DNA of 48,595 nucleotides from Guillardia theta CCMP2712 (lineage: Eukaryota; Protista; Cryptophyta), in NCBI RefSeq assembly GCF_000315625.1, contig NW_005434499.1, positions 1 through 48,595 on the forward strand. The letters run 5' to 3'. The notes under the pieces are model-generated. The model had not been told where the DNA came from. It saw only the letters and a list, made by a program, of their open reading frames with translations, and did no database searches. Shown piece by piece: positions 23,546 through 34,881 of this stretch. Every line of letters begins with the position of its first letter. Position 1 is the stretch's first letter. The position numbers and the translations under genes are program-made.

Positions 23546-25300
23546 ATGTCCAATCGCTGTTTCATGGTCCCGACCCTCCTCCTCCTCCTCCTCCTCTGCT
23601 CCATGACTCTAACTTCATCAGACTTCTCCTCCTCTTCGTCCTCCTCCTCATCATCTCTGTCGTTCTGCGCCTCCTCCTCCCTCTCCTCCTCGCCATTCTT
23701 TCCCCCTCCAGCTCCTGAGTTCTCCGCAAAAACTCAGCGAACCCGTGTTTTCTCATCTTCTCCTCTAGCTTCATGCCACTGCAACATCATGTCATCGCTC
23801 ATGGCATGTGCACATGATGGTGCTGCATGCTCGAGGACCCATTCCGTTCCTTCTCTCATGCGCATCAGAGGAGGAGAAGATGAGACGGGGGACAAGGAAG
23901 GGAACAAGAGCTACATTGACATGAAGCGATCTCAGCCTGCCTTTTCCCTCGTCCCGACTGAGTTCTATCACGAAAACTACATGTCAGATTCCAGAGAGGA
24001 GGAGGAAGACTTCGTCCTGCACCTACCCTGGTGAGCTGGAGGGGAAGAAGCAGAATCGTTCTTGTGCTTGCCTTGACTGAGCCGCGTTGTAAGCATGAAG
24101 CGAGGCAGTCGAGCAGGGAGAGATGCTGATGGAGAGAGAAACAACATCGAAGACGACCAAAGGTTTTACGGAGTATCCCCTGCATGGAAATACAGGTGGC
24201 CCCGAGGCAAGCAGCGTCTGCTTTCAGCAAGTGATGCGTGAGCAGGGGAGACATCGAGAGAGAAGGCGTCCAGGAGATCATCGCGCGTAGACGACTGTGA
24301 GGAATCCCCGCATGCCGCATGCCTTCTCTTGAGATCGCTCGTGATCGTGTGTAGCCGACGTGCAGCGTTCGAGTCCCTCGTGATCCCGTGGAACACGACG
24401 GACAGCGAGCTGGACGAGAGCATGCCGGCCTACTTGAAAGAGCTCAAGGTGGGCAGGCAGAGATCTTCTCTCTGCCATCGTTCGCGGTACCAGCAGCCAC
24501 CTTGACTACCTTGCTACCTTCAGAAAGTGGATCCCAGCATCGACAGGGAAGATCTAAGAGCAGCTTTGTTCAAAGTCAAGATGTGCCGTGAGCAGGTTTC
24601 ACTCCCTGCTCCCTGCTCCCTGCTCCCTGCTCCCTGCTCCCTGCTCCCTGCTCCCTGCTCCCTGCTCCCTGCTCCCTGCTCCCTCCTCCCTCCTCCCTCC
24701 TCGTTTCTCTTTTCACCCGTCAGCTGCAGATCAAGCACGTGAAGGAGAATGGTATCACCCATGGCTACCCGGTTGTCAAGAATGAAGGGGGTGAGAGGAT
24801 AGGTCTGGTTAGACCCAGGGGTTGACAACATGGCAGAATGATGGAGCATCGAGAGTTTCTCGTCGCCTCTGATATGCGTCGCCACATCATGGCAGAATGA
24901 TGGAGCATCGAGAGTTTCTCGTCGCCTCTGATATGCGTCGCCACATCATGGCAGAATGATGGAGCATCGAGAGTTTCTTGTCGCCTCTGATATGCGTCGC
25001 CACATCATGGCAGAATGATGGAGCATCGAGAGTTTCTTGTCGCCTCTGATATGCGTCGCCACAACATGGCAGAATGATGGAGCATCGACAGTTTCTCGTC
25101 GCCTCTGATATGCGTCGCCACATCACGTCGGTTCCGCTCGCCGTTCCAGCTTGTCAGTCATCGTACAGGTGGAACGCAGCCCAGCCCTGGACCGACAATA
25201 TTCCACGACTTTACGCATTGGCGGCCATTTGAAGCAGCCTGCGCATGCTCGTCGCCAGTCTCGTGCTGCAAAGGTTGTCGGAGGGAAGCAGAAAAATCTC
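23546..25300 (+). CDS. Hypothetical signal-peptide protein, multi-exon; 3' end uncertain
   Basis: Poly-Leu signal, Ser-rich linker ending RIRGG, then spliceable exons (…DESMPAYLKELK | KVDPSIDREDLRAALFKVKMCREQ | LQIKHVKENGITHGYPVVKNEG). Confidence 0.55.
24600..24685. repeat. (CCCTGCT)n heptamer microsatellite, intronic
   Basis: Direct array. Confidence 0.9.
24825..25125. repeat. 59-bp minisatellite, ~5 near-identical copies, intronic
   Basis: Unit catggcagaatgatggagcatcgagagtttctcgtcgcctctgatatgcgtcgccacat repeated head to tail. Confidence 0.95.
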
Positions 25301-25517
25301 AATTAGTCTTATTGCATCAAGTCTGCATGCTCGTAGAGAGGACGAGCGCTAGTGTACGACATACGCAGTAGCACAACTATGTGTCAGCTCCCCTTCAACT
25401 ACTCAAAAGACCAGGTATGAAGGCCCTTGTGAATTGCTGCTCATGTTCTAGATGAGTTTCAGCAATCAAGCTGAAGGATCAACAAGTGTGGACGAGGCGA
25501 GGTGAGGTCCAAAGAAG

Positions 25518-25643
25518 ATATAATCTAGAGCATCATCAGATGAATATGTCAATGTACATATATAATTTAGAGCATCATCAGATGAATATGTCAATGTACA
25601 TATATAATCTAGAGCATCATCAGATGAATATGTCAATGTACAT
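25518..25643. repeat. 42-bp AT-rich tandem repeat, 3 copies
   Basis: tataatctagagcatcatcagatgaatatgtcaatgtacata at 25519, 25561 and 25603. Confidence 0.95.
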
Positions 25644-25942
25644 GTTCCATCTACTTTCCCGTACATTCATCTCTCTTCTCCCTACTCCCTTCCCCCCTCC
25701 TTCGCTCGCTCATAGTTTCGTCGGAATCGAGGCGGGCCGAGTCCGTTCCCTTCATCACCCTACGTGACTGAAACCCCACCCCAATACGAAACATCACCAC
25801 CCACCCATGGGCACATAACGGTCTTTGTGCGGGTACTTTTCATATGCCTGTAGGGGAGACATGGTTCGGGTGAGGTGGGGGTAGGGTCCAAGTGGTACGC
25901 AAAGGGGGGGGTGGAGGCGGATTTGGTTCGATTTTGTAGGGA

Positions 25943-27755
25943 ATGGTGGATGGGGCGAGGCTGATGGAAGGGGGAGAGGAGGAGGCGAGAGAGGAGGCGA
26001 GAGAGGGAGAGAGGAGGGTAACAGATATAGAACCACCTCGAGGAAAACATGGCGAAGGTGACGAGGAGGACGAGAGCTTCGGAGCCAACGGGTTCTCCTT
26101 CAGAGAGCTTTGGAGGTATGTTGGTGGCTCGCAATGTCAACAGGTCATAACGAAGAAGATGACAGGTTCACAGGACCAGCATGGCTCATAAGCATTGCAT
26201 ACTTGGATCCAGGAAACTTAGAGACAGACCTACAAGCTGGCGCTCAGTTCGGATACAGCCTGTCTTGGGTGCTGCTGTGGTCATCAGTCTTGGGTCTCAT
26301 CATTCAGGTCCTTTCCCTCCGCCTCGGCATCGTCACGCACCGCCACCTAGCACAGCTCTGCCGATACGAGTACCCTCCCTTCATTCGCTACGTGCTCTGG
26401 GTCCTAAGCGAGCTGATGATCGTGGCCAGCGACGTCCCTGAGGTGATAGGAACCGCCTTCGCCATTCAGCTGCTTTCCAAGGGCATGATCCCGTTGTGGG
26501 GAGGGGTTCTGACGTGTGCAGCGAGCACTCTCGTCTTCCTCACCCTCTCCTACTTGGGGCTCTCCTACCTCACCGCGTTCGTTGGGGGGCTCGTCGGCAT
26601 CATGTCCTTCTGCTTCATGGCTGAGTGCTTCCTCAGCCCTCCTGACGGATGGTCGTCTGTGGTTGGAGCAGCAGTGCCCAACCTTCCTGCTGGGTCAGAG
26701 ATGATCGCTGTTGGCCTCCTTGGGGCAGTCGCGATGCCGCACAACCTCTTCTTGCAGTCCGCCCTCGTCCTGGCGAGGAAGACCAAGCGCGAGAAGACCT
26801 CCATCAGGTTTGCTTGCATCTACACCACCATAGAGACCGCGTTCGCGCTCGGTGTCAGCTTCCTGGTCAACTGGAGCGTCTTGTTGGTGGCAGCTTCGAG
26901 CTTTGCGCCGTACTGGTGCTCTCCTGTGCAAGAGGTCTGCGAGGTCAACACGCCCGAATGTAAAGAGACCAGCAACCTCGACAAGTGCTTTCCCGTCGGC
27001 CTTGAAACTGCCGGAAAGCTTCTCCAGACTACCGTTGGGGAGCAAGCAGGCATGTTCTGGGCAGTGGCGCTCTTGGCGTCGGGCCAGAGCTCCACCATCA
27101 CCGGCACGTATGCAGGGCAGTTCGTGATGGAGGGGTTCGTTGAGATGAGCCTGCCCTTGTGGCTGCGAAACCTGATCTCGAGAGGGATAGCCATTGTCCC
27201 CTCCCTCTGTGTCTCGATCATTGCTGGTCCACGTGGAGCAAACGATCTTTGCGTCATCGCCTCCATCGTGCTCGCCCTCCACCTGCCCCTGGCTCTTATC
27301 CCGCTCCTTAAGTTCACGGATAGCAGGGAGAGCATGGGCGACCATCGCAACAGCAGGATGCTGTCGGGCGTTTCTTGGATGCTGGCGCTGATGGTGATAG
27401 CAGCGAATTCATCGCTCACCTGGAATACAGTGATCGACCCCATGCTGCAGCAAGACGGCTACGGCTCTTGGAAGGTGAGGGCTGGACTTGACTGGTCTGC
27501 CCCTCGTTACTCACACTAACGGCCCTTTCATCGAACAGTTTGTCGTCGTTGTCATCATCGCTGCCCTTTACGTCGCCCTACTCGGTGAGCTTTTCCCGTG
27601 CGTTTGTTGGATTATTGGAGGTGCTGAACCAGACTTGAACACAGCCTATCTCATGTGGCGTCCAGTGCAGAAGCGAAACGGGGGAATACACGGTACCTGC
27701 TCTTCTCCTCTCCTGACCCCACCTTCGTCATTTCTGTTCCTCAGACTATAAGTGA
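25943..27755 (+). CDS. NRAMP: NRAMP-family divalent metal (Mn2+/Fe2+) transporter, 5 exons
   Basis: FSFRELWR|FTGPAWLISIAYLDPGN, AMPHNLFL, GQSSTITGTYAGQFVMEGF; exons approximately 25943-26115, 26166-27474, 27539-27584, 27645-27692, 27745-27755. Confidence 0.95.
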
Positions 27756-27899
27756 CGGACTGTTGGGCCAGGAACTCCAATTATTGTACATGCCAACGGG
27801 AACGGCGGCGGCGGCGGCGGCGGGCTGCTTCAGCCGCTGATGCTTGATGCTGCCTAGAAAGGCAACATCGTTTTCAGTCTATTCTTTCTCTCAACGGCA

Positions 27900-28930
27900 A
27901 AGCATCGTGATACGTTATCGTGAGAATCTTGACAGTGAACCCGCTACAACTTGCAGGCTCAGACGGCGGCGGTGACTCTCTCAGGCATTCCGAAGTTCAG
28001 GCTGCCAGCTCCGAAATCGGAAGTTCCGCTCACTGTCCGATCAGTGCTGCTGAGATGCCAGGGGCTGCTTCTGAAGGGCGGTGGGCGCCGTCGGACCGTC
28101 ACAGCCTCGGAGTCAGTCGCACTGGCCGCCGGGCAGTGCCATGGTGATCTGAACTCGGCCTGGCAGGGCCGTACGGTACTCATTGGCGTGAAGCCCGGGA
28201 ATCACTGATACCGTGCCGTACGGTCCGTAGTCAGTATTAGTAGCCGGGTGCCCGGCCCGGGCCCGGACTGAGTCGGAGTGAATGTATCGGTATCACTGTT
28301 GAACTTGCCCCTCCCCCGGAAGTAAACCTTTCCACTTCCGTTTGGGGCGGGGGGACAGCAGCCGAGTCGACCGTACAGTACGGTCGGCAGGGTGAGGTTT
28401 GATACCGGGGTGCCAGACCGGGGCCCGTTCCGAAGTTCACTTGAAGGGGCTGCCGCAGTGCCAGTCACGGTGAATGGTCAGGAATATCCGATGTATATAT
28501 ACCCAGACTCTGGGTCTTTGCCAAGTTGTGTGCCGCAGTGCGTCGACTGTGCCGACAGTGACGGTGGCACCGTCCCGGCGTTCTGATCGGATCAGTTGCG
28601 AAGCCTTCCACTGCTCAGTGTTGTTTGAGTCAAGAGCTGAGCCTGAGGCCCCCCACACGGCCGCGGCCGAGTCGGAGTGGAACAATCAACTGGATCGGAG
28701 GCTTCCGGCTAAAGTCTTTACTCAAAGTTAAGTTAAAAATCAGTACGAGGACAATCAGGAGAGTCGAGGAGGCTTCCGGCTATGGCAGCACTAGAGTAGT
28801 AGTAGTAATATGGCAGTACTAGAGTTAAGTTAAAAAATAGACTAGTAATATCTCCGAGATACACGGACCATCCCGGTCCGATCCGGTCGAGTTGACTGAA
28901 GTTAACGGCACAGCAGTATTTCGGAACTGA
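27900..28930. repeat. GC-rich, palindrome-rich intergenic island 3
   Basis: Same vocabulary (gcagtgcc, cagtacggt, ccgaagttc, gatcggatc). Confidence 0.6.
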
Positions 28931-30073
28931 TCAAGAGGCCAGGGTCAATTGAATGCTCGGAGCTCCGAAAAAATAACCTAGTAACTTCAAATCAAATGCA
29001 AGGATTTGAAACATTTCCACAGTTCTCCCCAAGTCCAGAAACGGGTTTGACTGTCTTCACACAGTCGGAGTCGATCCCACCACCCCTACCTAATACTGCC
29101 ACCACCCCACCACAGGACTAGATTAGTCTGCCAACTCAATTACGACGCCCCCTTGCCCAACTAGTAACCCCCTCTTGTTCCTCCTCTCCCTCCTTCCCAC
29201 CACCTTCCTCTTCCCTCGCTCGCTCAATCGCTTCCTTCCTCCTTCCTCCTTCCTCCTTCCTCCTTCCTCCTTCCTCCTCCCTCCTCCTTCCTCCCTCCTC
29301 CCTCCTCCCTCCTCCCTCCTCCCTCCTCCCTCCTTCCTCCTTCCTCCTTCCTTCCTCCTTCCTCCTTCCTCCTTCCTCTTTCCTTCACCCCCTTCCTTCC
29401 TCTCTCTCTCTTTCCTTCGCACTTCCTCTCACCCTCCATTCTCTTTGCCTCCCTGTCCTCCTTTCTTCTTCAGCCACCAATGAGCAGCTTTCGCCCTCGG
29501 GAATGCTTGGGGTTCGTGTGGACTTACTTCTCCTTGTTCTTGAATATTCTCCTTGACATGATGCTCAACGTCATGGACGACGATCAGTCGCAACCTTGTC
29601 CTAATCCGTCCCCCGAGGCCGAGGCCCGAAGTTCCAGGAGAGTACAAAAACTCCTGCAACCTTCCTTTGGAGAAACTTTCAAGGTTCCGAGACCGTCCCA
29701 GATGAAGAAGCGTCCTGCCCGCCTCCCACCTCAGAAACAACCCACTCACCTTGTGCATCAGAAACAACCTTCTGCCCACCACCTCGTACAACAGAAAAAC
29801 ATATTCTTGTGTAAGTGGGTCGATCGCCTTATTTCGATTATTCATAACATGTTGACATGATCAATGAGGATCTTTGTGCCTGGAAATTTGTATATCAGTG
29901 GGAATACCTGAACAGAAGTTACCTAATTTCGCGCTGGTTGCAAAAATGGGAGGATGCAAGGATTTGTCAACGATGAAGCCAGGAGTTGAAATGTGTTGAT
30001 GAACAGCTTTCGGTTGAAGTTCTTGTGAAGGACACGAATTGAGATCATCATGCAAGAACGAGACCTGCTGCTC

Positions 30074-30127
30074 TTCTCAGCACTCTCAGCACTCTCAGCA
30101 CTCTCAGCACTCTCAGCACTCTCAGCT
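30074..30127. repeat. 9-bp tandem repeat (CTCAGCACT)n, ~6 copies
   Basis: Direct array. Confidence 0.9.
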
Positions 30128-30459
30128 CCCAGGACTCTCAACCTCGATGCCTCGATGCCTGCACCAAGTTCCTGGTAAACAAAACAAGGGGAGGGCTGGC
30201 ACGTAAGATGCTGCGAGCAGGGACGAGAACATATGCTTGGGTCGTATGAACGTTGTAATATACCGTAATTTTACATGCCTGCTTGTTTGCAATTATCATC
30301 AGGTCTGAGAGCTCCACTCAGCTGTCACACCCCAAGAACTTGCCCTGGAATTTCTCTACTAAGAGGAAAGCAGTGTGACAGGAGGAGGTCTATCTCTCTT
30401 TATTCTCACACAACAAAGCAAACAAACCAACACACACTGGAGTGGCACAAGTAGACGTG

Positions 30460-31395
30460 GCCCACGCACGAAAGGGGAAGATGACCACCTGGTTCTGACG
30501 AGGATGATTCTTTTATACCTTCGAGGAAGAAGACTGGAGTACCCGTCTCTTGGCTGGAGAAAGTAGGGGTGTTCTCTCCTTGGAAAATGACAAGCTTTCC
30601 TCCTTAGATGTTGAATATCCCGTCAGCCCTTCGAGAGGAAACCGAGACAGCCAACTGTCCTTTCTTTTCAGTAAACCTTTGTCTGATTCGGACTCGGTTC
30701 CTATGAGCTCTGACACGCTCTTCTCTGCGCTTTCTCGCATCTGACAGGCTCCACTCAGCCTGACCTCCTCGAGGTCAAGATAACCTACCGACAAAGCCTT
30801 AGAAGCTTGTTGTCAGAGCTAATAGGAACCGAGCCCGAGTCAGACAAAGGCTTACTGAACAAGAAAGGACAGTTGGCTGTGTCGTACTCGTGTTCGAAAC
30901 TGACTTCTCCTGGATGACCCAGGATACTCTATTTCAGTGTGAATCTTGTGCTGAAAAGGACCCCTCTGAGGTTTTTGTACCAGGAACCGTTCACCCGTGG
31001 TGGCTTACAAGCTGAAGAGGACGGGGTTCTCTTCCCTACTGCGAGCGAGCAAGGTTTCCTCTCGAAGTGCTGATGGCATCACGGTTCAACATCCAAGGAG
31101 GGAAGCATGTCAACTTCTAAGCAGAGGACACCCCTGCTTCCTTCAGCAAGGAGCACTACCCCTAGTCCTTCCCTGAGTCACCAAGCCTTAATCATCAGGA
31201 TCAGCCTCTTCAGCTAGGTCTGCAACCGGTAACAGCCACGAGGGCTACTGGACCTCTGGAGTACAACCCCTGTGGGGCGACAGTGTGCCAAGTACGGGTG
31301 GTATCTCCTTTACTGGTACGGAGATGAACCTTTATAGAAGGATCGTCAACAACTGCTGAGGTGGTCTGTCCTTTCCCTTGCTGTGTGTGCTCGTG
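30460..31395. repeat. Degenerate inverted duplication (three nested arm pairs around a 95-bp loop)
   Basis: 30644-30715 is the reverse complement of 30811-30883; ~30550-30643 of 31053-31150; weaker match ~30460-30520 with ~31331-31395. Confidence 0.85.
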
Positions 31396-31544
31396 TTATC
31401 TGAATATCAAGGCTAAGCCTAGCCTTGAGTGCTAACCTCCCGTACAAGGTGAGGTTTCAGCACTACAGATACTGCTTCGACTCCACTCTATCGCGCCTGC
31501 TCCGTCCTTTCCTCCTCCTCCTCCTCCTCCTCCTCCTCCTCCTC

Positions 31545-31974
31545 NNNNNNNNNNNNNNNNNNNNNNNNNNNNNNNNNNNNNNNNNNNNNNNNNNNNNNNN
31601 NNNNNNNNNNNNNNNNNNNNNNNNNNNNNNNNNNNNNNNNNNNNNNNNNNNNNNNNNNNNNNNNNNNNNNNNNNNNNNNNNNNNNNNNNNNNNNNNNNNN
31701 NNNNNNNNNNNNNNNNNNNNNNNNNNNNNNNNNNNNNNNNNNNNNNNNNNNNNNNNNNNNNNNNNNNNNNNNNNNNNNNNNNNNNNNNNNNNNNNNNNNN
31801 NNNNNNNNNNNNNNNNNNNNNNNNNNNNNNNNNNNNNNNNNNNNNNNNNNNNNNNNNNNNNNNNNNNNNNNNNNNNNNNNNNNNNNNNNNNNNNNNNNNN
31901 NNNNNNNNNNNNNNNNNNNNNNNNNNNNNNNNNNNNNNNNNNNNNNNNNNNNNNNNNNNNNNNNNNNNNNNNNN
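31545..31974. other. Assembly gap (N run)
   Basis: N characters. Confidence 1.
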
Positions 31975-32437
31975 CTGTCTACATTCCCCTCCTCCCTTCT
32001 ACCCCATCTCGACCCATTTCTGTACCCCTATCTCCCTCCCGACTCCTCTACTTCTCCGCCACCCCTACCCCCATTCCGATTGTTCCTCCACTCTTGGTCC
32101 TAGGGGGCTCCTATGATTTCTAGGACCTAATCCTATCTAAATTCGGACGACCGTTCGGCCATGCAGTGTTGAGGCGCCGCTTCTCCTGCTTCCTCCTGCT
32201 CCTCCTGCTTCCTCCTGCTCCTCCTGCTCCTTCTTCCTCTTGCTCCTCCTTCTTCCTCTTACTCCTCCTGCTCCTCCTGCTCCTCCTCCTCCTTCCTCCT
32301 CCTTCCTCCTCCTTCCTCCTGCTCCTCCTTCCTTCTTCCTCCTGCTCATCCTGCTCATCCTACTGTTTCTCCTGCTTGTTACTGAACAGAATTTTTCTTG
32401 TCGCACATCAGCTCTTCCTTCCCCACCATTAACTGTT

Positions 32438-34705
32438 ATGTCTATGTCGTTGCATTTCATGTGCAGCTCTCTTTCCCGTGTTGTTGTACTCTTCTCGACC
32501 ATTCTCGTAATATCGGCGAATGCGGATAGCACACGACAAGCGCTGGAGAGCAGCCGGCAGACGTTGAGGAGAGTCATTCTACAAACTCTCGAGCACAAGG
32601 AGGGTAAGGTCCGAGGGTTGGAACGCGAGAGGTTCCATCGATCCCTGCGGGAGCAGCAGCTGGCGAGGGAAGTCAGACAGCTCAAACAGGCGTACCTTCC
32701 CTTTAAGATGGCGTCAGGGACAAGACTGGACGAAATGGCTGGAGCAGAGCTGGTGGGGGTGAACCCCTCGAGCCTCTTCGACGTAGGGGACGCCATAGGA
32801 GACGGAGGAGTGGTCATCGGAAACATCTCCGTGGATGGCGAGCATGTCCCAGTGTACGCGTACACAGCAGAAGGAAACAACAACACGATAGAAGTCATCG
32901 GGGTAGGAGAGATCGTCGTGGGAAACCTCTCTTCCTCCAGGAAGTACATCAGGACGCTAACTTGCGCACAAGTCGCTGCCGTGGCTAACGATGCGGCGGA
33001 TGATCCCGAGGCTGAGGTCAGGATCTGTCGCTTTGTGCAGCAGCACTGCGGTCCTCATGGAGGGCTCGTCAACTACCTGGTGAGAGCATGAGAGCCTGTG
33101 GGGCTGGCAACTGACCTTTCGCCTCAGGAGCTTCCATACTGCTTCCTCAGACGCGTCCCCCAGGCAGGAGCGGTGCTGCTGCTTGTTTGGCTGGCGATCC
33201 TCTTCGTGTGGTTGACCGCCCAGGTCAACTTCTTGATCCCAGCGTTGAACACGATCTCCGACCTCTGCCAACTCCGTCAGAGTGTCGCTGGAGTCACTTT
33301 TCTCGCCTTCGGCAACGGTTGTGCCGACCTCTTCAGCATGCTGGCGGCCACGTTGAGCGGGCCTTATGGAATGGAGCTGGCAGTCGGGGAGGTGCTGGGA
33401 AACGGCATGTTTGTGTTCTGCGCCGTTCAAGGCATCATCGCGATCCTGTCGCCCTTCAAGATGCACAGCGGGGAGTACGTGAGAGACTGTCTCTTCTACA
33501 CCATCTCAATCTTCTTCACCATGATCATCCTGGTGGACAAAAAGATCGACTTCTACGAAGGGGTCGCATGCATCCTCATCTACGTCTGCTACGTGCTCAC
33601 CGTCCTCTACTTTGATCACCTCCTCCCGCTCTTTGGCATGGAGCCCATCGGGAGGGAGGAGCAGGAGGTGGCGCCCCAAGACGCTGAGAGCAACGGAGAC
33701 AAGGGCAAAGTGAACTCTTCCGCTCACTCTGCGGACACGCAGAAGCGACTCACCTTCTATGAGCGGCTGCTGGACTCGTCTGACACTCCTTCCCAGCTCT
33801 TCTTTCGCTTCATGTGGCCCTTCGACGAGGATCTCTCCTCGGTGCCATGGTACAGGCTGGTCCTCGACCTCATCGCCGCTCCCATCGTCATCCTCCTCAA
33901 GCTGACTGTGCCGATAGTAGACAAGGAGCTTCCCAACCAGGGGTGGATCAGACCCGTGCTGTCGGTTCAGATGCTCTTCTTCCCGCTGATGCTCATCACC
34001 TTTGTCCTCTTCCAGGAGGGCCTTCCCAAGGAGATCTACCAGCCCTCCTCCCTCCTCCTCATCCTCTCCGTCGGTGCCTTCATCGGAGTCCTCCTCTCCC
34101 TGGCCACCTACATCGCCTCCTCAGACAGCTCTCCCCCTCCCTTCCATCGCTACATCGGCTTCGTTGGCTTCGGGGCATCTCTGGTGTGGATCTACATCAC
34201 AGCACGAGAGATCGTCAACGTCATCCTTGCCTTCGGCGTCGTCTTCGAGTTCGGCAGCCTCATCCTCGGCGTCACTATCCTCGCCGTCGGCATCGGCATG
34301 CAGGACCTCGTCACCTGCGTCGGGGTCGCTCAGGCGGGGCTGCCGGCCATGGCAGCTGGGGCCTGCGTGGGATGTTCGCTCATGAACATCCTGCTTGGGC
34401 TGGGGCTGTCGGGGATGATGGGGACGATGATGATCGAGAGCCCCTACAGGCTCTACATGTCTGTGCAGCTCCTCTGCTGCCTCTCCTTCATGCTCCTCTC
34501 CGTACTCCTCGCGGTTGCTCTCATGGCTCTCAACAGGTTCCAGGCTGGGAGGATCTTCGGAAGCTCGCTCCTCCTCCTCTACATCGTCTTCATCGCAACC
34601 TCCGTGGGCATCGACATGCTCGGGCAGAACTTCGCCGACAGTGACGTGTCGCAGCAGCTGCACCAGGCGGCAAGGAATACGATCCTCACGTACCGGAGAG
34701 GCTGA
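32438..34705 (+). CDS. Cation/Ca2+ exchanger (CaCA superfamily, CCX/NCLX-like), 2 exons
   Basis: Exons 32438-33079 and 33128-34705; CRFVQQHC...GLVNYL|ELPYC; alpha-1 AGVTFLAFGNGCADLFS; alpha-2 LGVTILAVGIGMQDLV; many TM segments. Confidence 0.88.
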
Positions 34706-34881
34706 AGGCAAGAAAGGAAAGGAGGAGAGACCAGCAGCAGCAGGAGGGCTGGGGGAGGTAGTAATTGAAGAATGAAATGAAGGTAAAGAATGTAGGTTAA
34801 GTTACATTTGAAACTCAATAACAAATCGCATAGTATCGCCATCATACATCGTCTTCCTCCCTCCCTTCCCTTCCTTGCGCG

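Noticed and set aside
24825-25125. 59-bp repeat as a CRISPR array
   Set aside because: Units are contiguous with no unique spacers, lie in a spliceosomal intron, and no cas genes are present
29480-29860. 126-aa plus-strand ORF as a gene
   Set aside because: No recognisable motif and I could not build a consistent spliced model; may be real or degraded
30460-31395. Autonomous transposon
   Set aside because: No transposase, reverse transcriptase or integrase motif, and no target-site duplication identified
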